Origin: Candidatus Fermentibacteraceae bacterium
GTDB lineage: Bacteria; Fermentibacterota; Fermentibacteria; Fermentibacterales; JCC-6
Length of the DNA: 17,398 nt
Assembly (NCBI GenBank): GCA_041686025.1
Contig: JAWLEP010000028.1
Span: 1-17,398, forward strand
Direction: 5' to 3'
The stretch's first letter is position 1, and each line of letters begins with the position of its first letter. The position numbers and the translations under genes were made by a program. Of the stretch, positions 14,777 through 17,398 are shown piece after piece. The notes beneath the pieces were generated by a model. That model saw nothing but the letters and a program-made list of their open reading frames with translations. It had not been told where the DNA came from and made no database searches.

Positions 14777-15242
14777 TCTGTCCGTGCCCGTGCTGATCGC
14801 TGCCAACATCCTGGCCTGGCTGGCCATACACCTGGGTCTGGCCTGGCTGGGCACCAGGCTTTCCGCGGGCCTTTTCGATCCGGCCTCCTGGCCGTATCGC
14901 AGCCGCACATGGGAGCGGGGGGGAAGGCTCTACCAGCGGGTCTTCGCCGTGCGGAGCTGGAAGGGCCTTCTGCCCGACGGCGCCGCCCTCTTCGCCGGGG
15001 GCTTCCCCAAGGCCAGCCTGCGGGAGCTGTCCGGGGAGTATCTGAGACGTTTCATCGTGGAGACCTGCAGGGGGGAGGCCGTGCACTGGGCCGTGCTGCT
15101 CTGCTCGCCGCTGTTCTTCCTGTGGAACCCCCGGTGGGCGGGCCTGGTGATGGTTGCCTACGGCCTGGCCGCCAACCTGCCCTGCATCATCGTGCAGCGC
15201 TACAACCGCGCCCGCCTGCGGCGCCTCCTTCGCGCCATGTAA
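14766..15242 (+). CDS. crtO: Glycosyl-4,4'-diaponeurosporenoate acyltransferase
   Basis: WERGGRLY...VRSWKGLLPDG, ETCRGEAVHW and NLPCIIVQRYNRARL, typical of the CrtO family. TTG start overlaps crtQ. Confidence 0.88.
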   Translation: MTADLSVPVLIAANILAWLAIHLGLAWLGTRLSAGLFDPASWPYRSRTWERGGRLYQRVFAVRSWKGLLPDGAALFAGGFPKASLRELSGEYLRRFIVETCRGEAVHWAVLLCSPLFFLWNPRWAGLVMVAYGLAANLPCIIVQRYNRARLRRLLRAM

Positions 15243-15318
15243 GTGCCAGGCACTTACATTTCATACCTGGCAGCCGTTCAATTCAAGTGCCTGGCACTTG
15301 AATGAATGGCACTTGAAT
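15237..15318. repeat. REP/REPIN-like double-palindrome element, copy 2
   Basis: ATGTAAGTGCC-A-GGCACTTACAT (15237-15259); same 21-bp spacer; ATTCAAGTGCC-T-GGCACTTGAAT (15281-15303); then GAAT and one more GGCACTTGAAT (15308-15318). 15234-15303 is identical to 5437-5506. Confidence 0.9.
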
Positions 15319-17236
15319 CGGCAATGGCGCCGAGCAGGGACTGGGCCACCTGGTCGGGGGCCAGACCCTGCAGCCGGAACAGCTCCTCGGGGGACCCGGA
15401 GAAGCCGTACTCCACCACGCCGAAGCGCATCAGGGGAGGGGCGCCGCCCTCCTCGGACAGTGCCAGGGCCACCTTGGCCCCCAGGCCGGTGTCTGCGTCG
15501 TGGTCCTCGTAGCTGGCTATCAGGGGGAACTCCCGCAGCTCGGCCAGGAGATCGGGGCTCAGGCAGAGGGGGCAGTGGACGCAGTACACTGCGGCGCTGA
15601 CCCCCTTCTCCGCCAGCAGCTCCCGGACCCTGATGGCGCGATGGCAGGTGTTGCCCATGGCGATGATGGCCAGGTCATCGCCCTCCCGCAGGAGGTCGTG
15701 CTGGCCGTAGACGAAGCGGTAGTCCCCGCCGTAGAAGGGGTTTCCCGCCTCGTCGGTGATCACCGGTGTCTTGGATCGGCCCATGGCCACGAAGAAGTTG
15801 CCCGGATGGGTGGCCACGTAGCGGATGGCCCGGTCGGTCTGGTTGGGGTCGGCGGGGATTATGGTGGCATAGTGGTGCAGGCTGCCCATCAGGGAGATGT
15901 ACTTGATGCAGTGGTGGGTCTTGCCGTCCTGTCCCACGTCCAGGCCGCAGTGGGTGGCCACCACCTTGAGGTTGGTCATGTTGATGTCGTTGAGGCGGTG
16001 CTGGTTGAAGGTCTCGTCGGCGGCGAAGACGCCGAAGTCGGCCCAGAACACCACCCGGTCGGCTATGGAGGCACCGCCGGCGGCGCTGGCGGTGTGGTGC
16101 TCCATTATGCCCGACTGGAAGAAGTGGTCGGGATACTGCCTGCCGAACTCCGCCGTCCGGACCGAACCGGCCAGGTCACAGTCGAAGACCAGGGGCAGGT
16201 TGTCGCGGTTGGCCTCGGCCAGGTCCAGCAGGGCCCGGCCCCAGGCGCTCCTGTTGTCGCCCACATGGTCGGGTCCGTAGGTGCGGGGCTTTCCGGGGCG
16301 GGACATGATGCTGTAGGGCAGGGGCATGTGGAACGGGCTCTTCCTGGGGCTGTAGGCCTTTCGAAGCCCGGCCAGCCGATCCAGGTCGTTTTCCAGTCCC
16401 AGTTCATCCAGGGCCTGCGCCGCCTGTTCCGGCTTCAGGGCCTGCCCATGCCAGGTCTCGTCGTCCTCCATGGAAGAGACGCCCTTGCCCATGACGGTCT
16501 CCGCCAGCACCACGCGGGGCCTGGTCTGCCCCGGCCGCGGCCGCAGGGCCCTGTAGAGGGCCTTCAGATCGTGGCCGTCGACCGTGACCACGTCCCACCC
16601 CGCCGCCCGGTACTCGTCGGCCATGTTCACCGGCATCACCTTGTCTATTCGCCCGGATATCTGCAGGTGGTTGAGATCCACGACCAACGTGAGCCTCCCC
16701 AGATCGTAGGCGGCGGCGAATCGCCGGGCCTCGCAGATCTGCCCCTTGTCCTGCTCACCGTCGCCGGTGATGACCCATACGTGGTTGTCGTGACCGCTTA
16801 TGCGGTCTGCCAGGGCCATCCCGCAGGCCGAGGACACTCCCTGGCCCAGGTTGCCGGTGGTGAGCTCCACGCCGGGCACCGACCGCTCGATGTGCCCTTC
16901 GAACGGGCTTCCTCCCAGGCGGAAGGAAACCACCGCCTTCTCGAGGTCGAACCAGCCCAGCCTTCCCAGCACGGAGTAGACCCCGGGGCTGGTGTGGCCA
17001 TGGCTGACCACGATCCTGTCCCTGCCCTGCATGAGGGGTTTGGCGGGGTCCACGTCCGCCTGGCTCCAGAGAAGGGCGTAGATCTCCAGCGACGACATGG
17101 AGCCTCCGGGATGGCCGCTTCCTGCCAGTGTGGTCATGCGGATGATGTCGCCACGGGCCTGCCGGCAGAGCTCGGCCAGATCATCCTCCAGGCCTTCCGG
17201 CATCTCCTGGGGCCCGAACAGCGTCCGGTGGGGCAT
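15278..17236 (-). CDS. tkt: Transketolase (single chain)
   Basis: GSGHPGGSMS, DRIVVSHGH, TGNLGQG, GDGE...N TPP-binding motif, VDGHD, GIMEH and THCGLDVGQDGKTH. TGATG overlap with the upstream gene. Confidence 0.92.
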   Translation of the reverse strand: MPHRTLFGPQEMPEGLEDDLAELCRQARGDIIRMTTLAGSGHPGGSMSSLEIYALLWSQADVDPAKPLMQGRDRIVVSHGHTSPGVYSVLGRLGWFDLEKAVVSFRLGGSPFEGHIERSVPGVELTTGNLGQGVSSACGMALADRISGHDNHVWVITGDGEQDKGQICEARRFAAAYDLGRLTLVVDLNHLQISGRIDKVMPVNMADEYRAAGWDVVTVDGHDLKALYRALRPRPGQTRPRVVLAETVMGKGVSSMEDDETWHGQALKPEQAAQALDELGLENDLDRLAGLRKAYSPRKSPFHMPLPYSIMSRPGKPRTYGPDHVGDNRSAWGRALLDLAEANRDNLPLVFDCDLAGSVRTAEFGRQYPDHFFQSGIMEHHTASAAGGASIADRVVFWADFGVFAADETFNQHRLNDINMTNLKVVATHCGLDVGQDGKTHHCIKYISLMGSLHHYATIIPADPNQTDRAIRYVATHPGNFFVAMGRSKTPVITDEAGNPFYGGDYRFVYGQHDLLREGDDLAIIAMGNTCHRAIRVRELLAEKGVSAAVYCVHCPLCLSPDLLAELREFPLIASYEDHDADTGLGAKVALALSEEGGAPPLMRFGVVEYGFSGSPEELFRLQGLAPDQVAQSLLGAIADSSAIHSSARHLN

Positions 17237-17397
17237 CAGGCTTTCCCGTCCCGGAGCCTGTCCACCAGCTTTCCGTTGACCTTCTCGAACACCTCGGACG
17301 CCCCCTGCCTAACCTGCTGAAGCAGCTCGTGGGCCTCCAGCAGCATCCGGTCGCAGTAGTCGTCGTCCTCCACCTGCTCGAGGTTGATGACTACGTT
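17236..17397 (-). CDS. 3' end of a cyclodeaminase/cyclohydrolase (FTCD C-terminal domain) family gene
   Basis: Reads NVVINLEQVEDDDYCDRMLLEAHELLQQVRQGASEVFEKVNGKLVDRLRDGKA*. NVxINL..xxD followed by a helix resembles the FTCD_C terminus. Partial at the window edge. Confidence 0.6.
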   Translation of the reverse strand, partial: NVVINLEQVEDDDYCDRMLLEAHELLQQVRQGASEVFEKVNGKLVDRLRDGKA

Positions 17398-17398
17398 G

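Noticed and set aside
15500..17320. 606-aa plus-strand ORF (likewise 5517-6707 +, 12480-13538 -, 10109-11308 -, 1467-2468 -)
   Set aside because: Antisense or alternate-frame shadows of well-supported genes, with low-complexity composition and no motifs.

Overview
High-GC bacterial window made up almost entirely of lipid and isoprenoid-modifying genes. The left block (194-5434) has two tandem B12-binding radical SAM enzymes, a divergent LpxL/HtrB-like acyltransferase and, on the other strand, a geranylgeranyl-reductase-family flavoprotein. The central block (5541-15242) is a C30 (diapo)carotenoid cluster in two divergent operons. The minus-strand operon is DUF2141-aldH-crtN followed by an Fe-S/FAD oxidoreductase and a fatty-acyl-CoA-reductase-like SDR. 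The plus-strand operon is crtNb(crtP)-crtQ-crtO. No crtM or squalene synthase is present. The right block holds transketolase and the 3' end of a probable formiminotransferase-cyclodeaminase-family gene. The most striking non-coding feature is a REP/REPIN-like double-palindrome element (core AAGTGCC-W-GGCACTT) present twice in direct orientation, with 70 identical bp (5437-5506 and 15234-15303). The two copies bracket exactly the eight-gene carotenoid block and supply the stop codons of three neighbouring genes. Family calls come from recognising motifs by eye; no database searches were run.
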